DNA of 64,000 bases from Bugula neritina. Taxonomy: Eukaryota; Animalia; Bryozoa. Position numbers and translations under genes: made by a program. The stretch covers positions 9,950,633-10,014,632 of the forward strand of contig OZ037769.1 in NCBI GenBank assembly GCA_964035545.1, in the 5' to 3' direction. Shown one piece after another: positions 43,701 to 55,600 of the stretch; the stretch's first letter is position 1; each line of letters opens with the position of its first letter. Below the pieces are notes generated by a model that was not told where the DNA came from, ran no database searches, and saw only the letters and a list, made by a program, of their open reading frames with translations.

Positions 43701-46700
43701 TGTGGAGTTCTCCAACTACCAGAACACCACTGGTTCGAACTATAATATTAAACTCCAGCTCTAATGACAGCTTCCTTAATGAGACTACATTATATTCTTA
43801 TGAAGAAGACAAAGCAAAGGAGAAAATAAAACCAGCGGTATGTGTAGATAGAATACTTAGAAGTGTGGCGATGTTACTATTGCCACAAAACTATAATATA
43901 GTAGTTATAATATTATAAGTTCTCATTTCTAAAGGTTTCTGAGGATAATTACTCTAATCTGATTAGTTTAACAACTGCATGCTCCTTTAAATTTTGATGA
44001 ATATTTATTTAAATATGTTATAATTGGTGGTCTTGAAAAGTTCTTTGCATGAATCTTTTACTGAAAATACGAATTAGGTATAGAAACGATCATATTAGTT
44101 ATCTTTACAATCACTTCATGTTGAAATTATTTAGTTCCACTAATAAGAGCAGACAAGCAAGTTTTCTCCTACTAATGTCACTTCCAACAAACTTGGAAAC
44201 TATTTCATTTGTTTTATTAAAAATTGATTTTAATAACCCAAACACATACCTTGGTATATGTTTTCGAAAAATATTTTAAACCGTGACACTTTTAATTCGA
44301 GCCAATTTTTCTAGCTATAAAAAATTAACACAGAATTTCATTTTTTTACAGTTTTATTGCACCTTCAGCAACCAAGAATGTCCTTCTCATAAACCAACAA
44401 AATATACCGAAGGCATGGACACTGTGTGCATTACAGCTGTAGCTACCCCAAGGCCAGTTGTGCAACAACTTCTGAGTACACAAGCTATTGGAGGAGTAAT
44501 CAGTGGAGCCATTGTCATAGTTATAGTTGGTACGTGCTCACACTTTAATTATATGTACAAATTTATCTTTTAATACTGGTTTAATAATACTGAGTCTGAT
44601 AGAAAAGAAACAAAGTTTGGGAAGACTTACATCTAGTGAATATCTATATGCTGCTTAAATACAGCTTAAACGCGTGCCCATTAAAGGCATGCAGTTTTTC
44701 ATTTATACTCTAGGCAATATAGTTTTGTTGCAATATTTTAGTAATCATCATAGCTATTCTCTGTAAGCAAAGAGCAAAGGCTAAAGAAAATACAGCTAAA
44801 CTAACAGCTAAACTAACAGGTATGGACGGCGATCAAGAGCCCTTAACTCCCACAGATGCAGTTCCAGATATGAGCAAGTTGAGGCTTATTAAGGTAACTT
44901 CTGCTACATCTATTTTAAATATTGTTTAGTAAAACTGTATTGCTATGTTAACATTAGAACAGAGAGTTTAGAAATGTATGTTTGCAGCATAATAATACTA
45001 AGCAAACTCGGCAATCTATAGATTGATATAACTTCTTTCACTAAAAGCAAATCATTTATTTAAGAAATTCACATTTGGCACTTTTGATGCAATAGAAAAG
45101 CTAATTACTGCAAGCATTAATTAAACTTCTAGACGCAGTGTCTATTTTTATTATGGGATAAACAGTTTTACTATGGCCTGCTTAAACATTATTATTTGTA
45201 GGAAATGGAATTGAGAAGAGGAAGTATTCTTGGGTCAGGTGCATTTGGTACTGTTTATCGGGGAGTTTGGATACCGGAAGGAGAAAATGTTAAAATTCCG
45301 GTGGCTATTAAAGTACTACAAGATGGCACTTCTCCTCACCAAAACAAAGTATAATAAACAATATTTGCAACACCTTGCATCACATACTTGCTTAAATCTG
45401 TAAACTTATTATCATATCCAAATTATTTGGCATGAGTGAAAGCAAAATTGGTTTTGTGTTTCAAGTTTTATGACTGTAGCAATTCCCAGCTTCAATTTTT
45501 TTAAATTTCGGTTAAGAATTTATTAGATGCCGGCAAGTAGTAAATGCACCATACAACTTGTTATAAGCTGTACAACATGATTTGTAGGAGCTGCTGGAAG
45601 AGGCGAGAGTGATGGCTTCAGTGGAGCATGCTTGCTGTGTAAGAATTGTGGCTGTCTGCATGACAGAGCAGATGATGCTCATTACTCAGCTGATGCCTCT
45701 CGGCTGTCTCCTAGACTATGTGCGAAATCACAAGGCCAACATTAACTCCAAGGTCTTACTCAATTGGTGCACACAAATCTCTAGAGGGATGAATTACTTA
45801 GAGGGTAGAGGAATTGTGCATAGAGATCTGGCAGCCAGAAATGTGCTAGGTAATAGCTTTCTTACGTGAACTTTTGTCAGCAATTAATAAAGCAAGTCCA
45901 TGCTTTTTGCAAAGAAAAATATATTTACTGAAAATTGGCTGTCTTTGTAAACGTCACTTGCCTTGTTTTTATATTATATGTACTATGGGCTATAAATTTA
46001 ATAAAATATTTTCTAAGTATTACAAGAATAACTGCAGTAAAATTATTAAACAAAAAGGTCAGAATTATCTTTTTTAAAACTTTTCAATGATTATTATAGA
46101 ATAATTATTGAAAGAAGTAAGTTATGTAATAAGATTTCACACTGTTATAATATTTCTGTAGTACAAACCCCAAATCAAGTGAAAATAACTGATTTTGGAT
46201 TGGCAAAGCTGTTGGCTCACAATGAAGGAGAATACCACGCAGCAGGAGGAAAGGTAGATCAACACGTGAACTTTGATCTAAAGCTGCATACTTTTTGTAA
46301 AAACCTAAATGTTACGAGTTTAAGCATAAATTATATTTTCCTAATCAAATTCTCATTACCAACATAATATATATGTTATATTTAAGTTTGTAATTGTGTG
46401 GCATTATTATTGCAGATGCCAATAAAATGGTTGGCATTGGAGTCAATTCAACACAGGATTTTCACTCATAAGACTGATGTTTGGTCGTATGGCGTAACAC
46501 TGTGGGAGCTGTACACTTATGGGCAGAGGCCTTATGAAAACGTTAGAGCCAGAGATGTGCCTGATTTGCTAGAAAAGGGGGAGAGATTGCCACAGCCAAG
46601 TATATGTACAATAGACGTTTACATGATTATGATCAAATGTAAGTCCATCAAAAGTAGTACTTTTTAAACTTGCAGTTGTATTATTTTATTATTTATTATC

Positions 46701-49070
46701 TTAGTGTATATTATATACTTTTAATGTATATTACATTATACTACTATGTATTTTATTGTTTTATATTATAGTATATCATTGTATGCTATATCTTATATAT
46801 CATTATTATTTATTATAATACTGTATATTGTATTATTTCAACATTCATTATATTGCATTGTTGTATTATTTATATTATATTAGTTGTTGCATATAACATT
46901 TATTGCATATTATATAGTATTACTATAACCATGTAAATTTATTATTGTGTATTTAGTTATTGTATCATTGTGTCTTGTATATAATAATCTATTAGTGTAT
47001 TATGCTATTTTATATTAATGTATATATTATACTATATAATATTAATGATATAAATTGTATTAAATTATATGATTGAATTTTGCATCATCCTGTATTCATT
47101 ATTGTATATATGGTAATGTATATTATGTCATTTCATATACGTTGTAAAATTATAATTTTTGAATGCAATTAATAAGTATCAATAAAATTTTCAGCTGTTG
47201 TTATTTGTTTTTTCACTGTACATAATTGTATCTTCACCGTACATTATTTGTATCTTCACTGTACATTACTTGTATCTTCAATGTACATTATTTGTTTTTC
47301 TAGGCTGGATGATAGATGCAGACAGCCGTCCCAGTTTTAAAGAGCTCTCAGAAGAATTTGCTAAAATGGCCAGAGATCCTGGTAGATATTTAGTAATAGA
47401 AGGGGACACTTTAATGAGACTCCCTAGTTATACTATAGATAGAAGAGATATGGTGAGTGACAACATGTAGTCTTACATGTATACAGTGTTATTGCTAGAC
47501 TTTTAATACATTCTAGTGCCACATAGAACTCCTCAATACATTGCATTGCTTGAGATATACCAATTTTCTAACAGTATGAACAAGCAGCTTTAATTAAGTA
47601 TCTTTAAAGTTAAAACTAACAGCTTCAAGTTTAATTTATGGTATCTATTCTGTTTAGGCTCGAAACCTGTCAGTAGCGACTGACGGTCCAGAAGAAGTAA
47701 TGAATGCAGATGAGTATTTGAATGCAGATGGCAATTATGATGAGTCACCAACAGAGACAGATGAGGACGTTCTGCTGATAGAGCCAGCTACACCAAACAG
47801 TGTACAAAGTAGTAGTTGCTCTCAAATAAACTGTATTCATCACCCATCAACTTCACACAATCACCAACTTCTAGTTGATACTGCTTTGTCACCACCAATG
47901 CACAATCCTCCCCCACCCGTAGCAGGTGCACCTAATCAACCTTGTCCCATCAGAGAGCAAAAATATGCTCATTTGGAAGCTAGAAGGAGCTTATCAAGAC
48001 AGCATCGTGCTAGTGATGCCAACGCTCTGCATTCTAGATATACTAGTGACCCTTGCAATGAAGATGAGGCTCTTTTAACGGAAGGTATGACTCATTGTTA
48101 TTAGAGACTTTTATATTGCAGTGGTGGTGCTGCTGGTGCTACAATATTCATCAGCAGCTTGTATTGATGTGCTGTGAAACATTGTTCTTTTAGATGTGAT
48201 GTCAAAGACACTACCTTCTAAGTTTTCACATCATTGCTATCCAGAATACGACCATAAAGAGTTGCCTTTTATAGAAGAAGATTACCTTCAACCTATGAGT
48301 AAAGCAGTCAACTATGCAGATTTAGATTTGCACTCTGAAACACAAGTTGAATCTGCAGGTACATTTATCATGTACACATAGTATATATGTACACAAAGAT
48401 ATGCATATACAAACATACGTGCATATATACATATTCGCACCATAGCCAGTTTAATCCTTACAGTAAAGGTGCATAATTATATACATATATTATAAATATA
48501 TGCTCATACAAACATGCATGCATATATACATATTATATACCTACATACACACAACTCACACCACATGCATTAGTTATTCTAACTCATTTCATCAGTTAAA
48601 AATCTTTATAGTGCTAATACTTATTCACCACTTGCCAACATTATACCCTAAATATATCAGCATATCTTCGAACTCATCACTACAACACACAGCTCTACAG
48701 ATAGTACCTCACGATACGCACAGCACTCACTCTAGAATAACCTTTCATTATGTTTGCAGATTTGGAAGCCCCGACACCCACACCAAACCGAGACATCAAA
48801 GTGACTCATTTCACATTTGACTTGCCACATAACCTTCCTTACAATTACACTCACACAGGCAACAAGACAAATGGTAACTTTACCAATCCAGAATACTTTG
48901 ATACAGACAGCAACGGGAGTGATTTACTGAATAAAGAAGATGACAGATGCCAACAGAAGGGAAACAGTAACTGCAGTAGTAAACTAGATTACTACAATGA
49001 AGTGAATGGTTTGTGTAGTGATGGGGACTCCACAAGAGGCTCAACAGCAGAGAGTACCATCAGCATATGA
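34882..49070 (+). CDS. EGFR: Epidermal growth factor receptor (EGFR/ErbB family receptor tyrosine kinase), complete, 23 coding exons, 1608 aa
   Basis: Exons, all GT-AG with consistent phases (total 4827 nt): 34882-35104, 35976-36383, 37647-37790, 38562-38806, 38900-39041, 39513-39614, 40229-40346, 40608-40775, 40936-41144, 41440-41642, 41802-42125, 43101-43273, 43576-43837, 44352-44529, 44742-44893, 45202-45348, 45588-45849, 46162-46253, 46416-46638, 47304-47452, 47658-48084, 48194-48358, 48760-49070. Signal peptide [21 protein letters not shown]; L1 ([36 protein letters not shown]); furin-like CR1; L2; extended CR2; TM; kinase ([34 protein letters not shown]); Tyr-motif tail. Confidence 0.98.
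35161..35247 (+). repeat. 29-bp tandem repeat x3 in EGFR intron 1
   Basis: gctaaatc(t/c)tgtctggcagggta(a/g)gtgaa. Confidence 0.95.
38562..41144 (+). CDS. EGFR: EGFR exons 4-9: cysteine-rich domain II with dimerization arm, and L2 (domain III)
   Basis: [20 protein letters not shown]; dimer arm [19 protein letters not shown] (exon 38900-39041, not in the ORF track); [11 protein letters not shown]; [10 protein letters not shown]; [16 protein letters not shown]. Confidence 0.96.
41440..44893 (+). CDS. EGFR: EGFR exons 10-15: domain IV plus extra invertebrate-type cysteine-rich repeats, transmembrane helix, juxtamembrane region
   Basis: Repeated C-x2-CH-x2-C...CTGP furin-like modules; [25 protein letters not shown] split by intron 44530-44741; [21 protein letters not shown]. 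Confidence 0.95.
45202..47452 (+). CDS. EGFR: EGFR exons 16-20: catalytically intact tyrosine kinase domain
   Basis: [17 protein letters not shown], alpha[67 protein letters not shown]. Confidence 0.99.
47212..47295 (+). repeat. 22-bp tandem repeat, about 4 copies, just upstream of the EGFR exon 20 acceptor
   Basis: ttgtatcttcactgtacattat units. Confidence 0.85.
47658..49070 (+). CDS. EGFR: EGFR exons 21-23: C-terminal autophosphorylation tail
   Basis: NADEYL, RYTSDP (Cbl-type site), EEDYLQP, NPEYF (PTB NPxY), DYYNEV (YxN); stop TGA 49068-49070. Confidence 0.9.
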
Positions 49071-49519
49071 TTCAACACATTTAGCATAATGAACTCTCCT
49101 ATAAACAGCATCACTGAATTTTATACATATATTATTTTCAAAAGGTGTGATATTACATAACATAACCTACATTTTCATAACACAAAAACTGAAATTTCTA
49201 TAATAGCTATTCCTATTCTACTATTAATTACTCAATGCACTTAAATGCATGTCCAACTGGTCTGCAACCTACACTGTACATAAACTACTCATTCAATACA
49301 GACTCTGTATTTCCCTAAACTTCTGTATTTTTATAAATTTCTTTGGACATTCCAGTTTGCAGTGTTATACTGTGCTTTGTACCATATGAACAATTTTTCC
49401 CATGTATATTTTTTGTATTTTGCTGTGCTATAAATTATATTTTGTACAAAGAACATTCCAATATCAACTTTGGCTATACATATTTTTTCATACATTCAAT
49501 ATAATATTGATAGTTGACA

Positions 49520-49525
49520 AATAAA
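49520..49525 (+). terminator. Probable EGFR polyadenylation signal AATAAA
   Basis: First canonical AATAAA, about 450 nt after the stop codon. Confidence 0.5.
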
Positions 49526-49656
49526 TATAAAACTGTAACCATATTACAATGTTTTAAAGCAACTATACCCAATAAGATTTGCATGTAGCTAGAAATGTCT
49601 ACAGTATTTATAAGAAATACATTAATCTTAAGTACAGTCAGTATAAGCAGAAGAGG

Positions 49657-52600
49657 CTATGACTCATCTACCATGTCTGCTTGTTCAAAGTACCGAGATA
49701 CAATGCATATCATGAGATTCAATTGTGGCAGAAGCTGATCCTCTGCAGAATCCTGCAAAGACAGCCAAAAATTATGTGACATGTGCAATACAAAACATAT
49801 ATGTGACGTGTGCAATACAAAACATATATGTGACGTGTGCAATACAATACATATATGTGACGTGTGTAATACAATACATATATAATGTGACGTGTGTGGT
49901 ATAAAACATATCCATAAACCATTGACACATAGTAGAGTAGGCCTATATGTTTAGTGAATGATAGTATATAGGATATTATATAGTATAGTGCAGTGCATAG
50001 CATAGTATAAGATAGAGTATATGGCAAAGCATAGAATAGTAGAATGTAGCAGATGGATTATTATAGTATATATAGTATATTATAGTAAATAAAACAATAA
50101 AGTAGATAGTACAAGGAAAATATGAACTACAGTAGGTAGGCCTACTATCTAATACAGAAGACAGTATGTAATGTAGTAGGGTATATAATATATAGTATAT
50201 ACTAAGGTACAGTGTGACATAGTATAGCAGCCCATAGTATAGAGTATAGTAGTCAGACAAGATGTAGTAAATAATATATAATATAGTAGACAGTATATAA
50301 CGTATTATAGTATATAATATATAGTATATATACTATATTGTATATATACTATATAGTAAATATACAATATAGTATATATACTATATAGTATAGAATAGTA
50401 TATGATATAGTATAGTATACAATATATAGTAGATATAAGTAGAGAAAAGTAAAAAGTATAGCCTACAGTAAAAAAAGTACTAAACAGAGAGTATACACAT
50501 GTAGTACTAAACAGAGAGTATATACACATGTAGTACTAAACAGAGAGTATACACATGTAGTACTAAACAGAGAGTATACACATGTAGTACTAAGCAGAGA
50601 GTATACACATGTAGCACTAAACAGAGAGTATACACATGTAGTAATAAACAGAGAGTATACACATGTAGCACTAAACAGAGAGTATATACATGTAGTACTA
50701 AACGGAGAGTATACACATGTAGTACTAAACAGAGAGTATACACATGTAGCACTAAACAGAGAGTATACACATGTAGTACTAAGCAGAGAGTATACACATG
50801 TAGTACTAAACAGAGAGTATACACATGTAGCACTAAACAGAGAGTAAACACATGTAGCACTAAACAGAGAGTAAACACATGTAGTACTAAACAGAGAGTA
50901 TACACATGTAGTACTAAACAGAGAGTATATACATGTAGTACTAAACAGAGAGTATACACATGTAGTACTAAACAGAGAGTATACACATGTAGTACTAAAC
51001 AGAGAGTATACACATGTAGTACTAAACAGAGAGTATACACATGTAGCACTAAACAGAGAGTATATACATGTAGTACTAAACGGAGAGTATACACATGTAG
51101 TACTAAACAGAGAGTATACACATGTAGCACTAAACAGAGAGTATACACATGTAGTACTAAACAGAGAGTATACACATGTAGTACTAAACAGAGAGTATAC
51201 ACATGTAGTACTAAACAGAGAGTATACACATGTAGCACTAAACAGAGAGTATACACATGTAGCACTAAACAGAGAGTATACACATGTAGTACTAAACAGA
51301 GAGTATACACATGTAGTACTAAACAGAGAGTATACACATGTAGTACTAAACAGAGAGTATACACATGTAGTACTAAACAGAGAGTATACACATGTAGCAC
51401 TAAACAGAGAGTATACACATGTAGTACTAAACAGAGAGTATATACATGTAGTACTAAACAGAGAGTATACACATGTAGTACTAAACAGTGCACATACCAA
51501 TGAAGCCCGTAAATTGCTGCACAGCCTGGCAAGTTGCCTCAAAAGTGAACATGACTCGGGCAGAAGAGGCTTTTGCAAGATTGCCAAAAGTGAGTAGAAC
51601 CACTGGCCCTGCAGAATATTAACACAATATTTGCCTCACTAAGAATTACAAGAATCAACTATTCAATTGACTCTAAAGAGAATTATTTTATGATGAGACA
51701 CAGTTATAGTTATATGCATTCAATCCAAAAAGTGGAAACTAGTTTTATGTAATACTCTACACCCGAAACTGCCTTTGCGTGCCTCAGTTTTGAAAGTTAT
51801 ATATTTGGCAATTATTTTATTAGATGCAGTTATCATTACTAGAGATATATGTTACTACAACATGTCTACTCTCTCACCATGATGCTGGTACTATCATATT
51901 TACCTGCAACTGTGTAAAGCCAACAGCTTCAAACCAGCTGATATGGTAGCCCAAAACCAATAGTAAAGTTTCCTACAACACAGAAATCTCCCAGTTGGAA
52001 AGATATTGTCAAATATAGTGAACTTTCAAGTTTTCAAGTGAAGGCAAATCTAACAAATTAAAAATAATTATATAATGTTTTGTCAATATTTTGGCCTTCT
52101 CACATAGGCCTAATACTTCGGCATGCTAATAGCATTGCATTATGGAATCTTAAAAATCTGGGAATTCGGCAAATACGGTTTTGGTACTTACTTCTGATGT
52201 TGGTGAGTAATTACTATTGTGGCAAGAACCCATTAATCTGACTAGATCGTAATATATAAAAGTTATATTTGGTCTATCAATACAGGGTAGGGTGATATTC
52301 CGATTTTACCTGGTCAATAAATGCTAAGACGCTGACTAGTGGAAGAGTACAGCTAGAACCCTCTCCTGAGTCATCACCAGAGTTGTCTCGATCACTAGCT
52401 GTCTCCAAAGTTAGTCCGTGCGCTTCCACTATTTTAGATACAATGTGCTGATTAACGTTTCCAAAACATAGTCTGTACCAACCATAGATATCTGAACTCG
52501 CAGGCTACAAACAAAAAGAATAATAAATAGTGCTCTGCAGCCACTAAAATATAAAGCAAATGTATTAAATCTGCAACCCCCAGACCACTGCTGTTCCTTA

Positions 52601-55600
52601 ATAACATAAAGGTATGGTGTAACCCAAATGGCAGTATATCAACTTATTTTGTCATTAAATATTGCTTGGAAGTTTAGCAGCACTGAGCTGTAAGGTAACA
52701 CAACTCCTAAAGGTCAAATACAATAGATCTATATATACTATTGATCTAGTTATTTGAGAGATACATATTTAAGCTTGTCAGTGCTAGTTTTACTGGATGC
52801 ATGCAATTATAACCAACATACAGCTTTACAGAGTTTGTTTTTTATTAGAGACTCAACAGAAATTTTTTTAACTTGTCTCGTCTATAATTATTAGTTTAAT
52901 AAGTTGTATCATGAAAACATATTTGTTGTACGTGTAACCAATAATTGGCTCTTTTTTATTTCAGATGTTGACTTTTATTCAAAGGTTAAACAGAAGCATC
53001 AAGCTTCATTAATGTATTAATCATTTTTCTCTTTTTTAGAAATGACTCATTGAATTTAAAATAAAACTAGCATAAACCACCACCATGTCTAATCTTTGAG
53101 AGAGATGCGAGAGTTCTGGAACATGAGAGCATAACTTCCTTTAAGTGTGGCACACACATTATACACCCTTATAATTTAATGTATAGCAGATTGTTAGTAG
53201 ACTATTGCCATATTGAATAAGGTGTAAAACAACTGGAGAATAAAATAATAACGTTCTGTAACTTCTCCGGGCAGTGTGCAATAAAATTTGAGGCAACAAA
53301 TATCAAATGAGTTGTAGTATTATAAACTTATTTCTGCCATCAAGTCATATTTTGGTTTAATTAAGGGCAATTTCAAGATGGCATCCCAATTAACTGAAAA
53401 CAAAACATAAGGTATTATAGCACCTGACACTGTTGTGACACATGCAGATATCTAGTACACCATACATAAACTTCATCATTAAATTAGCAGATGCTCAAAC
53501 TAAGCCTTCGTAGTATGCTGCTCTGTGCAATCAGATGGCATACCGAATTCTCTTTTCAGATCAAGTTAGAGAGAGGGGATGGACAGCTGAGTAGCTGGTG
53601 ATTTACTCTTTTAGATTTGATTAGATGTCAACAAATCAAAGCAATCTATGAAGGAGAGAACCAGTTGAAGATCTATACATCACCATAATTATATATAAAT
53701 AATAAATATCACCATCAATCATTATCAGCTTAATTTAGTTTAGCAATTCTTAGAAATGTCAACAATTATAAGACTTTACTGGTTACCATCTTACACAACT
53801 AGAAGGAGGTTATTTACAAAACTGTCAGCTCCAAATTGATATATTGGAGGCATCAGTATCAAAAGTTACAAGATATTTGGTGCATACTGATTTATTGAGA
53901 AGTTACGAAGCCCACATAGCTAGCTATCAACATCTTTAAAATAACGATGCAAGTTGCAGGCACTTAAATACTAATCATTGTGAGTGTAGATAATTTAAAT
54001 CCATATTTCAATCGGCAAAATATCAGTAACCATACGTATGTTAACAATCTATAAAACTGACAAAAATGAAGATATAATTTATATTTCTATCATCAGTTAA
54101 GGCGCCAGCTTTCTGCAGCAGAGCTTTAAGGTTTTGGTTGTTGTGCAGCAGAGTGACTTGGGGTCTGAAAGTAATTGAATGAATTTTAAAGCTAAATTGG
54201 AAGCTTTAAAATCATGTTTTGGCATATCTAATAATGACAGCTTTATCATGCTATAGGCTAAATAGCAAAATCTCGATGATGTAACCTAGTCTTTTGGAAT
54301 ACGTATGCTATTAGCTTATTCAGTATTAACATGCTGGTCTATTAATGAGAAATGCTCTATAAGCAGCTCTCAGTTGAGAGGCGAATGAGTGCAGTAGTTT
54401 GATGCTCTTCAGTTTAGAGTTAAGCTACATGTACACAGGTCGATTTTTTCAGCCGATTTTGTGCTTGTAGATTTCGCTATTGCTGATTGAAAAATCAGCC
54501 GATTTTCTAGGCGATTTTATTTCCCGCGTTATTTTCCTGCTTTTGTTTTACTGGCGGATGGTTCTCGGTCTATATAACTTTCTTTTAGGTTCATACGCAA
54601 AGGTCAAGATTATTTGCATGTGCATTAGCATAGTAAACATACATCGGCATTTTATATACGTTATTTTCACAAGTGAAATGGCTAGAAACTGTCAACAAAA
54701 AATTAAACTGTAAAGTTAAGATGCTGATACTGGTTACATGAATATAAAAAGTAAAACAACAAGTTATAAATTATATTATAAATGAAAGTTAAGAATAATA
54801 CCAGCGTTCTATTTAAAAAAGCAATATGTTTATTCTGATAAATAAAAAATGAATAAAGTAAACTGGCCGCGTATAATTTGTTAGCAGCTTGCTGCATTTG
54901 AAAATTGCGTAAAAACTTATCACTAATTTTAGTATTAAATCAAAAAGCAAATAGCTGGCTTGGTAGCTTTCTATTTAACCATATTTATTATCTATAATTA
55001 TCCATAAATCACTAAGCTACACTATTAACATCACTTATCAATTTTGTTAAGCTATTTAGTTTAAAACTAGAAGTTTAACTCAAGCGTTATTGTTTATACA
55101 GGTAATGAAAACTGTAGAGCACGGCAAATCTTCTCTCTAAGAAAATATTTAAATCGTGAAGTTGAGATGCTCAATCTCATACTAATACTGGTTACATGAA
55201 TATAAAAACAACAACCTATAAACTACAAGTTATAAATTATATTTTACATGAGTAAAAGTTAAGAATAATAATATTTGTCTTTTTAAAAAAGAGCAAAATT
55301 TAATGAATTTCCACGGAAGTGAAACTAACTTTCTCAAAGTTAGACAACAACCAATGCGTTGTTATTATTGCTACTACTGCTATTGATAGTTATTTTAGTT
55401 ATTTGTATTTTATATATGATGTATCGTAGTGATAGCAACGTATTAATTACTTCCTGGTTGTAATTTCAACAATGGTGTTAACCTTGCTCGCTATCATAAT
55501 TTTCTGCCACCTTTTGATTGGCTGGTTCCACAGAAAATCGGCGAAAAATTGAACATGTTCAATTTTGAAAATCGCTTCAAAAATCGGCCAAAAGCAAAAA

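Noticed and set aside
44792-44819. 12-bp tandem (TAKL-TAKL) as a recent juxtamembrane duplication
   Set aside because: Segment length matches what I recall for other invertebrate EGFR juxtamembrane regions; no net insertion evident
46680-47150. AT-rich TATTG-like stretch (similar ones at 20170-20310 and 49960-50450)
   Set aside because: Degenerate low-complexity satellite with no defined unit or structure
48122-48177. Alternative EGFR acceptor giving a truncated hydrophobic tail
   Set aside because: Would need a 37-nt intron, far below the shortest intron in this gene (93 nt)
50476-51488. 27-bp repeat array as a CRISPR array
   Set aside because: Units are head-to-tail with no unique spacers, there are no cas genes, and it lies in a eukaryotic intron
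50463-51587. 374-aa and 341-aa repeat ORFs as independent genes
   Set aside because: By-products of the minisatellite; only the portion at 51587-51498 is real coding sequence (part of Gemin2 exon 51608-51498)
54060-54165. Extra minus-strand exon in the Gemin2 long intron (TTTCAG acceptor)
   Set aside because: No convincing donor or Gemin2 similarity; the flanking exons already join colinearly
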